Of a stretch of DNA of 49,420 bases, positions 1-9,609 are shown one piece after another. The translations under genes and the position numbers were made by a program. Source of the DNA: Candidatus Moraniibacteriota bacterium (GTDB taxonomy: Bacteria; Patescibacteriota; Minisyncoccia; Moranbacterales; GCA-2747515); the NCBI GenBank assembly GCA_046116545.1, contig CP175956.1, positions 1,236,912 to 1,286,331 of the forward strand, written 5' to 3'. Within the stretch, counting starts at the first letter, position 1. Each line of letters begins with the position of its first letter. The notes under the pieces are model-generated. The model was given only the letters and a program-made list of their open reading frames with translations, had not been told where the DNA came from and made no database searches.

Positions 1-772
1 TTTTAACTTTTTCTAATTCATCCTTGGTTATTTTTAATTTTTTCAAAGTTTCATCACTCAATACTTCTTCATTAATTGCAATATCTTTTTCACGATTGAT
101 ATATATTACATCCTCTCCTGCTTCACAAATTGTCTGAAATTCATGTGAAAACTCTGTAAATGCTCCACCTGTTGCAAAAGTGACAAAAGTATCCTCTCCT
201 ACACCCAATCTATCAAAAACTCTATTATAAGCATCTATAGCTGCATTATAAAAAGCATCATGTTGTTTTTCATCAAGAGAAAAAGAATACATATCCTTCA
301 TCACAAATTCTCGTCCACGCATAATACCACTTTTTGCACGTAATTCATTTCTCAACTTTGTTTGAAATTGATACACATATACTGGTAAATCACGGAAGCT
401 TGCTATATGACTTTTCATCATGTCACCGATAGGTTCTTCATGTGACCATCCAAATCCAACCTCTGTGCCATTTTTTAATTCTGACTTAAACCATACATCA
501 ACTATTTCATCATCCCAACGATTTGTCTGTTGCCAAATTTCTTTATTTTGTAAACCACTCATAATAAGTTCACTTGCATCAAGTGAATTCATTTCTTCAC
601 GTACAATTTGCTTGATATTTTCTACAACACGCATACCTAGTGGTAATAGTGAATAAACTCCCGCCATCTCCTTATGTATAAACCCAGCACGGATTAAAAG
701 TTGAGCATTTTTACTCACTTCATCTTTTGGTGCAAATTTTTGTGTTTTTGTAAAAAGTTGTGATTGTTTCAT
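1..772 (-). CDS. proS: Prolyl-tRNA synthetase, N-terminal part (runs off window start)
   Basis: Manual translation from ATG at 772: MKQSQLFTKTQKFAPKDEVSKNAQLLIRAGFIHKEMAG...HEE...YQFQTKLRNELRAKSGIMRGREFVMKDMYSF (class II motif 2 of ProRS). Not in the ORF track because it has no stop inside the window. Confidence 0.95.
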   Translation of the reverse strand, partial: MKQSQLFTKTQKFAPKDEVSKNAQLLIRAGFIHKEMAGVYSLLPLGMRVVENIKQIVREEMNSLDASELIMSGLQNKEIWQQTNRWDDEIVDVWFKSELKNGTEVGFGWSHEEPIGDMMKSHIASFRDLPVYVYQFQTKLRNELRAKSGIMRGREFVMKDMYSFSLDEKQHDAFYNAAIDAYNRVFDRLGVGEDTFVTFATGGAFTEFSHEFQTICEAGEDVIYINREKDIAINEEVLSDETLKKLKITKDELEKVK

Positions 773-931
773 ATAGTTTAGTATATTAGTAATTAGTTAA
801 TTAGTCTTTTTCTGAAAAATATTAAAATACCCCACTGGGACTAAAATACCTATATATTTTTATCATATATTTCATAAACTGTGTCTAAATATATATTTAT
901 CATACTGTAAAAACGTTCTCCTGCCAATACT

Positions 932-961
932 TTTAGGTGTATCTTTTAAGATACACCTAAA
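932..961. repeat. Perfect inverted repeat, 14-bp arms (TTTAGGTGTATCTT-TT-AAGATACACCTAAA)
   Basis: Read directly; lies between the proS start and the + strand promoter at 969-998. Confidence 0.85.
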
Positions 962-968
962 TACGATT

Positions 969-998
969 TTGACTATTTTTTATCGTTTATGCTATGCT
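969..998 (+). promoter_or_regulatory. Sigma70-type promoter for the small-ORF cassette
   Basis: TTGACT (969-974), 18-nt spacer, extended TG, TATGCT (993-998). Confidence 0.55.
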
Positions 999-1141
999 TA
1001 TAATATTGTTGTTTTACAAATTCTCAATTGAGAATATTATATATAAGAAATTGTAACGATTGCATTTGCTCAAATCCGCTGTGGAACCGAGTATGAACCA
1101 TGCAATCAGGAAACCCGTAAACTCCAAATTATGGAGGATTT

Positions 1142-1219
1142 ATGAACAGGCTTCGAGAACCAACTGGTGAAGGACTTCGACCAGTAGGTGGTAACATCTT
1201 TGATCCCACGCGCCCATAA
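1142..1219 (+). CDS. Putative 25-aa peptide MNRLREPTGEGLRPVGGNIFDPTRP
   Basis: GGAGG at 1133-1137 just before the ATG; internal LR(E)PxG repeat; no recognised homology. Confidence 0.35.
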   Translation: MNRLREPTGEGLRPVGGNIFDPTRP

Positions 1220-1331
1220 TCCATCAAGCAGTGTTGGAATGGCGAATTGCGACGATTGCGAACCTGATGGCTCAGGCTTTGTTAACCCTGTTACCGCTAA
1301 CATCTAAAATGATGTGCTGTAAGGAAATAAA

Positions 1332-1355
1332 ATGCAAAGACGATTTATTCTTTGA
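1332..1355 (+). CDS. Minigene MQRRFIL*
   Basis: TAAGGA SD at 1320-1325; near-identical minigene at 1628-1648. Confidence 0.45.
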   Translation: MQRRFIL

Positions 1356-1409
1356 GGGAAATACTTTTGTGTTTAGAGTAAAGTGACTCACACTAGTTTA
1401 ATGCCCTCG
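1339..1409 (+). repeat. 71-nt element, copy 1 (minigene tail plus hairpin)
   Basis: Ungapped alignment to 1632-1702 with near-identical ends (GACGATTTATTCTTTrAGGGAAAT ... TTAATGCCCTCG) and compensatory changes in the middle. Confidence 0.8.
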
Positions 1410-1463
1410 ACATTAACTTTTTGTCCAAAATAAACTCAAAAAATATAAAGGAGAATATTGCTT

Positions 1464-1598
1464 ATGAATGTCATACGACCACCGACTAGTCTATTTTTTC
1501 ACAGCTATTCGGGTAACGACACACTTGCTGCTAATATCTCCGTAGCCGAAAACAATGCCCAGCGATCTTCCATGGAAAAGGGCCTCTTCAACCATTAA
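1464..1598 (+). CDS. Putative 44-aa peptide MNVIRPPTSLFFHSYSGNDTLAANISVAENNAQRSSMEKGLFNH
   Basis: AAGGAG at 1448-1453; lies between the two repeat elements; no recognised homology. Confidence 0.35.
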   Translation: MNVIRPPTSLFFHSYSGNDTLAANISVAENNAQRSSMEKGLFNH

Positions 1599-1627
1599 TC
1601 TCCGTTCTGACCAATTCTGAGGTAATT

Positions 1628-1648
1628 ATGCGACGATTTATTCTTTAA
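1628..1648 (+). CDS. Minigene MRRFIL*
   Basis: GAGGT SD at 1619-1623; ATG CGA CGA TTT ATT CTT TAA. Confidence 0.45.
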   Translation: MRRFIL

Positions 1649-1702
1649 GGGAAATGTTATTATGTCTATTGTGAAATGATTCATAGTGATTTAATGCCCT
1701 CG
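1632..1702 (+). repeat. 71-nt element, copy 2
   Basis: See 1339-1409. Confidence 0.8.
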
Positions 1703-1747
1703 CAAATAATTTCTTTTTGTAATTATTCTTAATACGTAAGGCAAATT

Positions 1748-1803
1748 GCCCCCAATATGTAACTTTTGTAATAAAAAGCATATTCGGGGGCTTTTTATTT
1801 TTT
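1748..1803 (+). terminator. Intrinsic terminator closing the small-ORF cassette
   Basis: GCCCCC-AATATG pairs with CATATT-C-GGGGGC, followed by a T tract. Confidence 0.7.
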
Positions 1804-1893
1804 ACACAACTTTTCAACTACTTATTAACTTTTTTTATATATACAAAAAAACTTTCAAATGCTATACTTAATTTACTTAAATTTATATATTTT

Positions 1894-1921
1894 GTAGAGA
1901 CGCGATTAATCGCGTCTCTAC
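1894..1921. repeat. Perfect 28-bp palindrome, GTAG-type REP-like element
   Basis: GTAGAGACGCGATT|AATCGCGTCTCTAC, 13 nt upstream of the dnaB ATG. GTAG-initiated palindromes are typical of RAYT-associated REPs. Confidence 0.7.
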
Positions 1922-1934
1922 TGTCAAAATTACT

Positions 1935-3299
1935 ATGTCTAATCAAAATACACAATTACGTACCCCACCAAATTCCATAGAAGCTGAGAAAACAGTGCTT
2001 GGAGCTCTTATGCTTGATAAAGAAGCTATTATCAAAGTTGCTGATATGATAAAAGTTGGTGATTTTTATAAAAATGCTCATAACATTATTTTTGAGGCGA
2101 TGTTATCTCTTTATGAAAAGAATGATCCTATTGATGTTCTCTCTATTTCAAATAGATTAGAAGAACAAAATAAAATAGATGAAATGGGTGGTGCAAGCTA
2201 TCTAGCAAATCTTGTAAGTGGTATAGCAAGTGCATCTAATATAACTTATTACGCAAAAATTATTCAAAAAAAAGCTGTCCTCAGAAGACTTATCTCTGCT
2301 GCAAGTGAAATAAATGAAATGGGATATAATGAAGCTGAAGACTTAGAAACTATTCTCGATAGTGCTGAACAAACTTTATTTGGCATTTCTCAAAAGTCAC
2401 TCAAACAAGAATTTACTCCAATCAAACAAATCCTTGGAGAAGCTTTTGACAGGTTGGATGATTTGCACAAAAACAAAGGGCAGATGCGTGGAGTGCCTAC
2501 AGGATTTCCTGATTTGGATGATTTACTTTCTGGATTTCAGAACTCAGACCTCATCATACTTGCTGCTCGTCCTTCTGTTGGTAAGACTTCCCTAGCGCTT
2601 GATATCGCCCGACAAGTTGGAACACAATCAAACATTCCTGTTGGTATCTTCTCTTTGGAGATGTCAGCGGACCAGTTAGTCGACCGTATGATTGCTGCTG
2701 AAGGCGATGTTGACTTATGGCGTCTACGAACAGGAAATTTAAAAGATTCTGATTTTACTCGCATAAATGAGACAATGGGAAAGCTTTCAGAAGCTCCTAT
2801 TTTCATAGATGATACTTCTAGTGCTAATATCATGGAAATGCGTACGATGGCACGTAGACTGCAAGCTGAACATGATTTAGGACTTATTATTATTGACTAC
2901 TTACAGCTTATGGAAGGTCGTAGCAATGAAAGTCGTGTACAAGAAATTTCAGAGATTTCTCGTGGACTTAAGATGCTAGCAAAAGAATTAAATATTCCCA
3001 TTCTAGCTCTCTCACAGCTTTCTCGTGCAGTTGAATCACGTCCAGATCAACGACCCAAGCTCTCAGACTTGAGAGAATCTGGTTCTATCGAGCAGGACGC
3101 TGACGTTGTAATGTTTATTTATCGTGAAGACCGCGTAAATCCTGATACAGAGCACAAAGGTGTAGCAGAAATAATAGTAGCAAAACATCGTAACGGACCG
3201 GTTGGCACAAAACAATTATACTTCCACGAACAAGCTGCATCATACAAAAACTTAGAGTCACATCACAATAAAAATGGCAACACTGTTAATGAAGAATAA
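1935..3299 (+). CDS. dnaB: Replicative DNA helicase
   Basis: PPNSIEAEKTVLG N-terminus; Walker A AARPSVGKT; IIIDYLQLM; SQLSRAVESRPDQRPKLSDLRESGSIEQDAD. Confidence 0.98.
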   Translation: MSNQNTQLRTPPNSIEAEKTVLGALMLDKEAIIKVADMIKVGDFYKNAHNIIFEAMLSLYEKNDPIDVLSISNRLEEQNKIDEMGGASYLANLVSGIASASNITYYAKIIQKKAVLRRLISAASEINEMGYNEAEDLETILDSAEQTLFGISQKSLKQEFTPIKQILGEAFDRLDDLHKNKGQMRGVPTGFPDLDDLLSGFQNSDLIILAARPSVGKTSLALDIARQVGTQSNIPVGIFSLEMSADQLVDRMIAAEGDVDLWRLRTGNLKDSDFTRINETMGKLSEAPIFIDDTSSANIMEMRTMARRLQAEHDLGLIIIDYLQLMEGRSNESRVQEISEISRGLKMLAKELNIPILALSQLSRAVESRPDQRPKLSDLRESGSIEQDADVVMFIYREDRVNPDTEHKGVAEIIVAKHRNGPVGTKQLYFHEQAASYKNLESHHNKNGNTVNEE

Positions 3300-3321
3300 T
3301 TTTATATAATTTAAATTTAAA

Positions 3322-3906
3322 ATGTATCCTGAATCATTTCAAAAATTAATAAATCAATTTAGCTCATTACCTGGAATAGGTCCAAAAATGGCTGAACGAC
3401 TTGTTTTGTCTCTATTTAAACAGGATACTGGAAAAATAACAGAATTTTCTGATGCCTTACTGAACTTACACAGTGTAAAACCTTGTAAGACATGTTTTAA
3501 CATCTCCCAAGATGATTTATGCACTATTTGCTCAAATACCTACCGTGACAAAAGCAAGTTATGTATAGTAGAAGAATCCTTAAATATATTACCACTTGAG
3601 CGTTCACAAGCATTTGACGGTATGTATCACGTCCTTGGAGGAACTATAAAAAAAAGAGGTGGTAATAAATTAACACTACCTGAATTAATAAATCGAGTAG
3701 AAACCGAAAACTTCACCGAAATCATAATAGCAACCAATTTCACAACTGAGGGTGACATGACTGCGATGCATATCAAACAAGAATTATCTTCCTATGATAT
3801 CCTTATATCACGACTTGTCAGAGGTCTTGCCACAGGCTCCGATATAGAGTATGCTGACGACATGACAATACGCAGTTCTATAACAAACAGAGGAAAGTTT
3901 TCTTAA
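3322..3906 (+). CDS. recR: Recombination mediator RecR
   Basis: HhH LPGIGPKMAERL; C4 zinc finger CKTC...CTIC; TOPRIM IIIATNFTTEGDMTA; RLVRGL. Confidence 0.95.
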   Translation: MYPESFQKLINQFSSLPGIGPKMAERLVLSLFKQDTGKITEFSDALLNLHSVKPCKTCFNISQDDLCTICSNTYRDKSKLCIVEESLNILPLERSQAFDGMYHVLGGTIKKRGGNKLTLPELINRVETENFTEIIIATNFTTEGDMTAMHIKQELSSYDILISRLVRGLATGSDIEYADDMTIRSSITNRGKFS

Positions 3907-3933
3907 ACTTAACAAAAACCAAGGAGCTAACAA

Positions 3934-4620
3934 ATGGAAGAAATTGAACAAAATTTCAATTGGATATTTCAAATCCAACCTGCAACAGAGTTGTTTCCAA
4001 TAGCGCTAACACGTTTTCATGACCTTAACCTAGTTTGGACGCCAACATCTGATGCTGCTATGCGTGTCATTTTATCTGGCATAAATGGTGCGCTTGCCTC
4101 AAGAAAAGAAAGTCTAAATTACTTAACTGCCATAGAAACCCTAATTCTCGAAGAAAGAGTTTCTATAAATGAACTTGTAATTATTGCAATGGACATGCAA
4201 CAAAGCACTTATTCTCAATTTGTGCTAAATGACCCTACTATGCCCTTTACAGAATTCCATTATAACCTCTTAAAAAAAGCTGAGTTATTTGTTAATGCAA
4301 CAGCAATAACAGATGTAGCATGTAATTTTAAATATTGGTATATCGCAACAGAAACTAGTAAAAATATCAATTCCCTATACAATACCGCTATCTTATTGAT
4401 TTTTTATGCCGCTAATGGTGGTACTACAGATAGAATAAGTATGCGAAATATCATTGTAAACCTTACACACAAAGGATTATTTTCCTCACATAAGGCAATG
4501 ATAATACTGGCACAAACAATCATGGAGAATCCATGCTTTATTATGCCCAGTGATGAAACATTTCCACCCTATTTAAATAGGCGTGAATTTGATTATCTTA
4601 GAGAAACAAATCCATTATAA
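3934..4620 (+). CDS. Hypothetical protein (228 aa)
   Basis: Long ORF with AAGGAG SD, followed by a terminator; no recognisable motif. Confidence 0.7.
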   Translation: MEEIEQNFNWIFQIQPATELFPIALTRFHDLNLVWTPTSDAAMRVILSGINGALASRKESLNYLTAIETLILEERVSINELVIIAMDMQQSTYSQFVLNDPTMPFTEFHYNLLKKAELFVNATAITDVACNFKYWYIATETSKNINSLYNTAILLIFYAANGGTTDRISMRNIIVNLTHKGLFSSHKAMIILAQTIMENPCFIMPSDETFPPYLNRREFDYLRETNPL

Positions 4621-4640
4621 AAATACCCTTGTCATAATAA

Positions 4641-4673
4641 AAAACCACGTAGATAATATTTCTACGTGGTTTT
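4641..4673. terminator. Bidirectional intrinsic terminator between convergent genes
   Basis: AAAACCACGTAGA-7 nt-TCTACGTGGTTTT. Confidence 0.8.
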
Positions 4674-4677
4674 AACT

Positions 4678-4986
4678 TTATCCAATTTTTGTCACCTCTA
4701 TTTCTGTATAAGCTTGTCTGTGACCATACTTTTTCTTATATCTTTTTTTTGCTTTATGCTTAATTCCCCAAATTTTAGCATGCCTGTCTTGAGCAAGAAT
4801 TATGCCCTCAACTTTAGCTTTTTCTACCAAAGGAGTTCCTACAGTAACTTTCTCATCATCACCAACAAACAAAACTTCTTCAAAAGTAATTTTATCTCCC
4901 TCTTTTCCATCAAGTTTTTCAACCTTTATTTTATCTCCCTCTTCAATTTTATACTGTTTTCCACCAGTTTTAACTATTGCAAGCAT
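4678..4986 (-). CDS. rplU: 50S ribosomal protein L21
   Basis: AIVKTGGKQYKIEEGD...GHRQAYTEIEV. Confidence 0.97.
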   Translation of the reverse strand: MLAIVKTGGKQYKIEEGDKIKVEKLDGKEGDKITFEEVLFVGDDEKVTVGTPLVEKAKVEGIILAQDRHAKIWGIKHKAKKRYKKKYGHRQAYTEIEVTKIG

Positions 4987-5082
4987 TTTTCTAAATTATT
5001 CTAAAAAATTAATATAAAATACACGTGATTATAAAATCACTAACATGCTTTAATATACTACACATGTAACTCTGTGTCAATA

Positions 5083-6243
5083 CTATTGACCACTTACTTC
5101 AGCTACTTCATTATTCAATTCCACTATAATCATATCACCAGCTCTAAGGACTTGTAATGTTATCATTTCATTCTTATATTTTCTCAATAATCGTGATAAA
5201 TTATTATTTTCATCAATAACTTCATTATTTACCATTACAATTATGTCCCCGCCCTTAATTCCGCTTTTTGCAGCTTCTGTATTTGCAAATGCACTTTGTT
5301 GTATATATGTTTGGGGATTAACAACTATCACACCACCTAATATGTCATGTTCGTTAGTATACACATCAATTTTTGTTATAATATCATAATCTATTCCAAG
5401 TGTTCTCTCAATTATTTCAGAATCTTCTTTTTGTTGGTTTATCAAGAATTCTTCATATGCACTATATAAATCTTTTGCTGCTATAGCATAAAATTCTTTT
5501 TGCTTACTTTCAATATTCTCTTTCATTGAAATAAGTCCAACTGCATTTCCCTGAAAATCAACTACTGGTGAACCAATACTTTGTTCCAATACATTTTGTG
5601 AAAAATCAATTTCTAGAACTCCCTGCAAAAAATCACTTTTAGGATTATTTATACTAAACGCATAATCACGCCCAAAGAATCCACCAAGTGCAAATTTGGA
5701 CTCATCAAACTGTGATCTAGCTATGGATATAAGTCTCTTCCCACTACGTGCATCATCAGAATTTGCAAAGGAAGTTGTAGACAAATCATGTGCATCTACT
5801 CTTAAAAATGCCAGATTTCTATAATTATCAAAATAAATATTCTTTACATCATGCACATCACCATTTGCCATTTTGACAAAAGTAAACATAGCTTCATCTT
5901 CAGCTACAATTGAAGCATCTGTAACAATTACTCCGTCACTACTCATTATCATTCCGTTACCTCTTATCACATCACCATTTTCAGTTATTGTTTCTACATA
6001 TACAACTGACCCTGCAGCTCTTGAAGCTATTACTGCAATTGACTCATTGTCTGCAATAATTACTTTTTCTGTAGTTTTAATAACTTTAATTCTATCATCT
6101 ATTGATTTTATAATTGGATTTTGAGACCAAACAGGATGATTTATTATTTTTGCAAAAATAATATAATCAACCAATAAACCTCCAAGTCCACCAATTACAA
6201 AAATTACTACTCCGATTCCAAAAATTTTGACCATTTTTTTCAT
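5083..6243 (-). CDS. HtrA/DegP-like trypsin-PDZ protein, catalytic His and Ser apparently lost
   Basis: N-terminal TM; GNGMIMSSDGVIVTDASI (vs TNxHV); QSIGSPVVDFQG (vs GNSGGP); C-terminal PDZ (AAKSGIKGGDII). Confidence 0.75.
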   Translation of the reverse strand: MKKMVKIFGIGVVIFVIGGLGGLLVDYIIFAKIINHPVWSQNPIIKSIDDRIKVIKTTEKVIIADNESIAVIASRAAGSVVYVETITENGDVIRGNGMIMSSDGVIVTDASIVAEDEAMFTFVKMANGDVHDVKNIYFDNYRNLAFLRVDAHDLSTTSFANSDDARSGKRLISIARSQFDESKFALGGFFGRDYAFSINNPKSDFLQGVLEIDFSQNVLEQSIGSPVVDFQGNAVGLISMKENIESKQKEFYAIAAKDLYSAYEEFLINQQKEDSEIIERTLGIDYDIITKIDVYTNEHDILGGVIVVNPQTYIQQSAFANTEAAKSGIKGGDIIVMVNNEVIDENNNLSRLLRKYKNEMITLQVLRAGDMIIVELNNEVAEVSGQ

Positions 6244-6256
6244 ATCTTAACTAAAT

Positions 6257-7006
6257 TTATCCTATTAATAACCATTGCGTTGTCAAAAGTACTGCAAATG
6301 TTAACGCCACACAATAAATAATTGTAATAATAATTCTCTTTTTTGACAATGTTTCCAAAAAGACCATCTGTACCAAATCCCACAATATATAATAAAACAT
6401 CAAACTAATCGATGCCATTGTAAGATAACCAAATGGCCAAAAATTTGCCATCCAAACTAACTGTATCATGGCAAATGCAATAATTATACTATACAACAAT
6501 ATTCTTCTAATGTCACTTGAATACGCTCTTAAAGACACAAACGTAATAAGTGCTACAAATAAAAAGTGTATACACATAAAAACTGATAAATGAATATCAA
6601 AATTTATATATGTACCATATACAACGGCATAGAAAAGAAACATTATTGATAGTAATGATGCTGAAAATAAACTTCTTGCTGTCATATCGAAGGAATTTTT
6701 ATTAATTCGTTTAATGCCAAGTAATGTCACATAAAATAATAGTGACACAAGCATCCCAAAAATTTGTTGCTCTTTTATATTATCAATAAAATATAATAAT
6801 CCAAATGATGCAATAACTAAACTGACTGGCAATACAGCAAATAACATTCTTTTGCCAACATTTAACCCTGCAAATATTGAAAATGCGATTGATGCAAATA
6901 CTATACCCAAAGATATTTTTTCATCTGACAACCAAAAATATATTGCGGTTTCAATTGCAATGAAAAAAATTAAACTATATATTAAACTCCTTAGATGTGC
7001 AATCAT
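6257..7006 (-). CDS. Multi-pass membrane protein (DUF5656-like)
   Basis: About 8 hydrophobic segments; FWPFGY...MFYY motif recalled from a CPR-common family. Confidence 0.6.
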   Translation of the reverse strand: MIAHLRSLIYSLIFFIAIETAIYFWLSDEKISLGIVFASIAFSIFAGLNVGKRMLFAVLPVSLVIASFGLLYFIDNIKEQQIFGMLVSLLFYVTLLGIKRINKNSFDMTARSLFSASLLSIMFLFYAVVYGTYINFDIHLSVFMCIHFLFVALITFVSLRAYSSDIRRILLYSIIIAFAMIQLVWMANFWPFGYLTMASISLMFYYILWDLVQMVFLETLSKKRIIITIIYCVALTFAVLLTTQWLLIG

Positions 7007-7011
7007 TTAGA

Positions 7012-9597
7012 TTATTCTACACTAATATTAATTTCATCATCCTTGCTATCAATATTTACACTATCACCTGACTTAATCTCACCATTTACTATTTTCATAG
7101 CCATTGGATCAAGTAGTTCTTTTTGCAAAACTCTTTTTAGTGGCCGTGCTCCATACAAAGGATCAAATCCGTTTTTTGCAAGTAATTCTTTTGCTTCCTT
7201 TGTAATATTAATAACAATTTTCTTATCCAATAATTTCTCTGAAACAATCCCTAACTGAATATCAACTATATACCCTATCATTTCTTGTGTCAACGGATGA
7301 AATACTATTATATCATCAATTCTATTCAAAAATTCTGGCTTAAATTTTCCTCGTAATTCCGCCATTACTTTACTTCTCATTTCATCAGCATTCCCATCTT
7401 TTGATTGCATATCATATATGATATCAGAGCCCACATTTGATGTCATGATAATAATCGCATTTTTGAAATTTACAGTCCTTCCTTTGCTATCAGTTAGCTG
7501 ACCGTCATCCAATATTTGTAAAAATATATTAAATACATCTGGATGAGCTTTTTCTATTTCATCAAACAATATAACACTATATGGTTTTCTACGAACAACC
7601 TCCGTTAGCTGCCCACCTTCATCATGTCCAATGTACCCTGGAGGAGAACCTATCAGTTTTGCTGTTGCATGCGACTCCATGTATTCACTCATATCAATCC
7701 TAACTAATGCACTATCGTCATCAAACATGAATTCTGTAAGAGCTTTTGCCAATTCAGTCTTACCTACACCTGTTGGACCCAAAAACATAAATGATGCTAT
7801 GGGCTTATTTTCATCTGATATCCCCGCACGCGCACGCCTAACAGCATTAGATACTGCGCTAATAGCTTCTTTTTGTCCTATCACCCTTTTAGCTAACTCA
7901 TCTTCCATCATTACCAATTTTTCCATCTCATTACTGAGCATTTTTGACACAGGAACACCTGTCCATCTAGATATTATTTTAGCAATGTCTTCCTCAGTAA
8001 CCTCTTCCTTCAACATACCATCATCTCCCTGCAAATCACTCAATTTCTTTTCATTTTTTATAATAAGTGCTTCTAATTCTGGAATTTTACCATATCTAAT
8101 CTCCGCAACTTTATCAAAATCACCATTTCTCTCTAAATTATCCGACTCAATGCGCAATTTATCAACATTCTCCTTTGAATCACGAATGGCCATTATAACA
8201 TCTTTTTCAGACTGCCACTGCATCATCAATCTTTTAGATTTCTCCTTCAACTCAGCAAGTTCTTTCTCCAAAGTTTTTATTTTTTCATCATCAATATCTT
8301 TTTCTAAAACTTTCTTTTCAACCTCCATTGTACGAATAGATCTTTCCAGCTGATCAATCTCTGCCGGCATTGAATCAATTTCCATCCTAAGCATAGACGC
8401 TGCTTCATCCATCAAATCCACGGCCTTATCTGGAAGAAATCTATCTGAAATATATCTACTAGATAACTCCACTGCTGCAATAATAGAATCATCCGTAATT
8501 ACAACACCATGATGTAATTCATACTTTTCTTTTATTCCACGCAATATAGCTATTGTATCTTCACGACTTGGCTCCTCAACCCTAATGGGCTGGAACCTTC
8601 TTTCTAATGCCGCATCTTTTTCTATATATTTTTGATATTCCTTTAATGTTGTTGCACCTATTGTCCGTATTTCACCTCTAGCTAATGCAGGCTTGAGCAT
8701 ATTTGACGCATCCATAGAACCTTCAGAACTTCCTGCGCCCACAAGCGTGTGTAATTCATCTATGAACAATATATATTTACCCTCTGACGCATCAAGCTCT
8801 TTCAATAGTGCTTTCAGTCGCTCCTCAAACTCCCCACGAAATTTTGCACCTGCCAACAATTGTCCGAGATCCAATGATAATATTTCTTTGTTCTTCAACA
8901 TTTCAGGAACATCTCCTACAACAATTCTCTGCGCAAGTCCCTCTACAACAGCTGTTTTACCAGTTCCCGGCTCTCCTAGTAATACTGGATTATTTTTTGT
9001 TCGTCTAGACAAAATTTGCATCATTCTCCTTATTTCTTCGTCCCTTCCTACTATAGGATCTATTTTGTCATTTTTTGCTTGCTGAGTTAAGTTAATTGTA
9101 AACTTTTCTATAGTTTGCATTGTGCCTTCTGGCTCCTGAGAATCTACATTCATACTACCTCTTACATCTACTAAATCTTTTTTAAAAGTATCATATGTAA
9201 CACCAAATTCATCAAATATCTTTATGATGTCATCATCCTTTTTCAAAAGTGCAAGTAATAGATGTTCTGTGGACACAAAACTATCTCCCATAGATTGCAT
9301 TTCTTTTTCAGCTTGCTCTAATACTTTTGATAATTCCTGTGAAATATACACTTGTGAGCTATCTGGATTAGCCACTTTTGTAGTTGTTTGTTTTATTTTT
9401 TCATCAATTACCCGAATGAGTTCTTCATTATTTACATCTTGTTTTTTCAATGCAATAGGAACAATAGAATCTTCTTGTGTCAGAAGAGCAAATACTAAAT
9501 GAATAGGCAGTACAAACTGTCCTTCGCCAGTAAGTATTTTCTGTTGTGCCTTTTGTAATGCCTCTTGTGATCGCGTAGTGAATTTATTTATATCCAT
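7012..9597 (-). CDS. clpB: Disaggregase ClpB
   Basis: Two AAA+ modules ([16 protein letters not shown]), KYRG-like [13 protein letters not shown], coiled-coil M domain, GARPLKR. Confidence 0.97.
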   Translation of the reverse strand: MDINKFTTRSQEALQKAQQKILTGEGQFVLPIHLVFALLTQEDSIVPIALKKQDVNNEELIRVIDEKIKQTTTKVANPDSSQVYISQELSKVLEQAEKEMQSMGDSFVSTEHLLLALLKKDDDIIKIFDEFGVTYDTFKKDLVDVRGSMNVDSQEPEGTMQTIEKFTINLTQQAKNDKIDPIVGRDEEIRRMMQILSRRTKNNPVLLGEPGTGKTAVVEGLAQRIVVGDVPEMLKNKEILSLDLGQLLAGAKFRGEFEERLKALLKELDASEGKYILFIDELHTLVGAGSSEGSMDASNMLKPALARGEIRTIGATTLKEYQKYIEKDAALERRFQPIRVEEPSREDTIAILRGIKEKYELHHGVVITDDSIIAAVELSSRYISDRFLPDKAVDLMDEAASMLRMEIDSMPAEIDQLERSIRTMEVEKKVLEKDIDDEKIKTLEKELAELKEKSKRLMMQWQSEKDVIMAIRDSKENVDKLRIESDNLERNGDFDKVAEIRYGKIPELEALIIKNEKKLSDLQGDDGMLKEEVTEEDIAKIISRWTGVPVSKMLSNEMEKLVMMEDELAKRVIGQKEAISAVSNAVRRARAGISDENKPIASFMFLGPTGVGKTELAKALTEFMFDDDSALVRIDMSEYMESHATAKLIGSPPGYIGHDEGGQLTEVVRRKPYSVILFDEIEKAHPDVFNIFLQILDDGQLTDSKGRTVNFKNAIIIMTSNVGSDIIYDMQSKDGNADEMRSKVMAELRGKFKPEFLNRIDDIIVFHPLTQEMIGYIVDIQLGIVSEKLLDKKIVINITKEAKELLAKNGFDPLYGARPLKRVLQKELLDPMAMKIVNGEIKSGDSVNIDSKDDEINISVE

Positions 9598-9609
9598 AAA
9601 AATATTATA

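Noticed and set aside
1339-1702. CRISPR repeats or attC sites
   Set aside because: Only two 71-nt copies with a diverged centre and a 222-nt gap; no cas gene or integrase; no RYYYAAC/GTTRRRY ends.
773-1800. T-box or known riboswitch upstream of proS; tmRNA, RNase P or SRP RNA
   Set aside because: No T-box GGUGGnACC antiterminator on the minus strand and none of the hallmark motifs of those RNAs. GGCAAA at 1740 lacks the rest of a c-di-GMP-I aptamer.
1801-1860. oriC/DnaA boxes upstream of dnaB
   Set aside because: Only degenerate matches (TTTACACA, TTTTCAAC); no TTATCCACA cluster and no dnaA gene.
4678-4986. rplU without adjacent rpmA
   Set aside because: Operon breakup is common in reduced genomes and nothing else here makes it distinctive.
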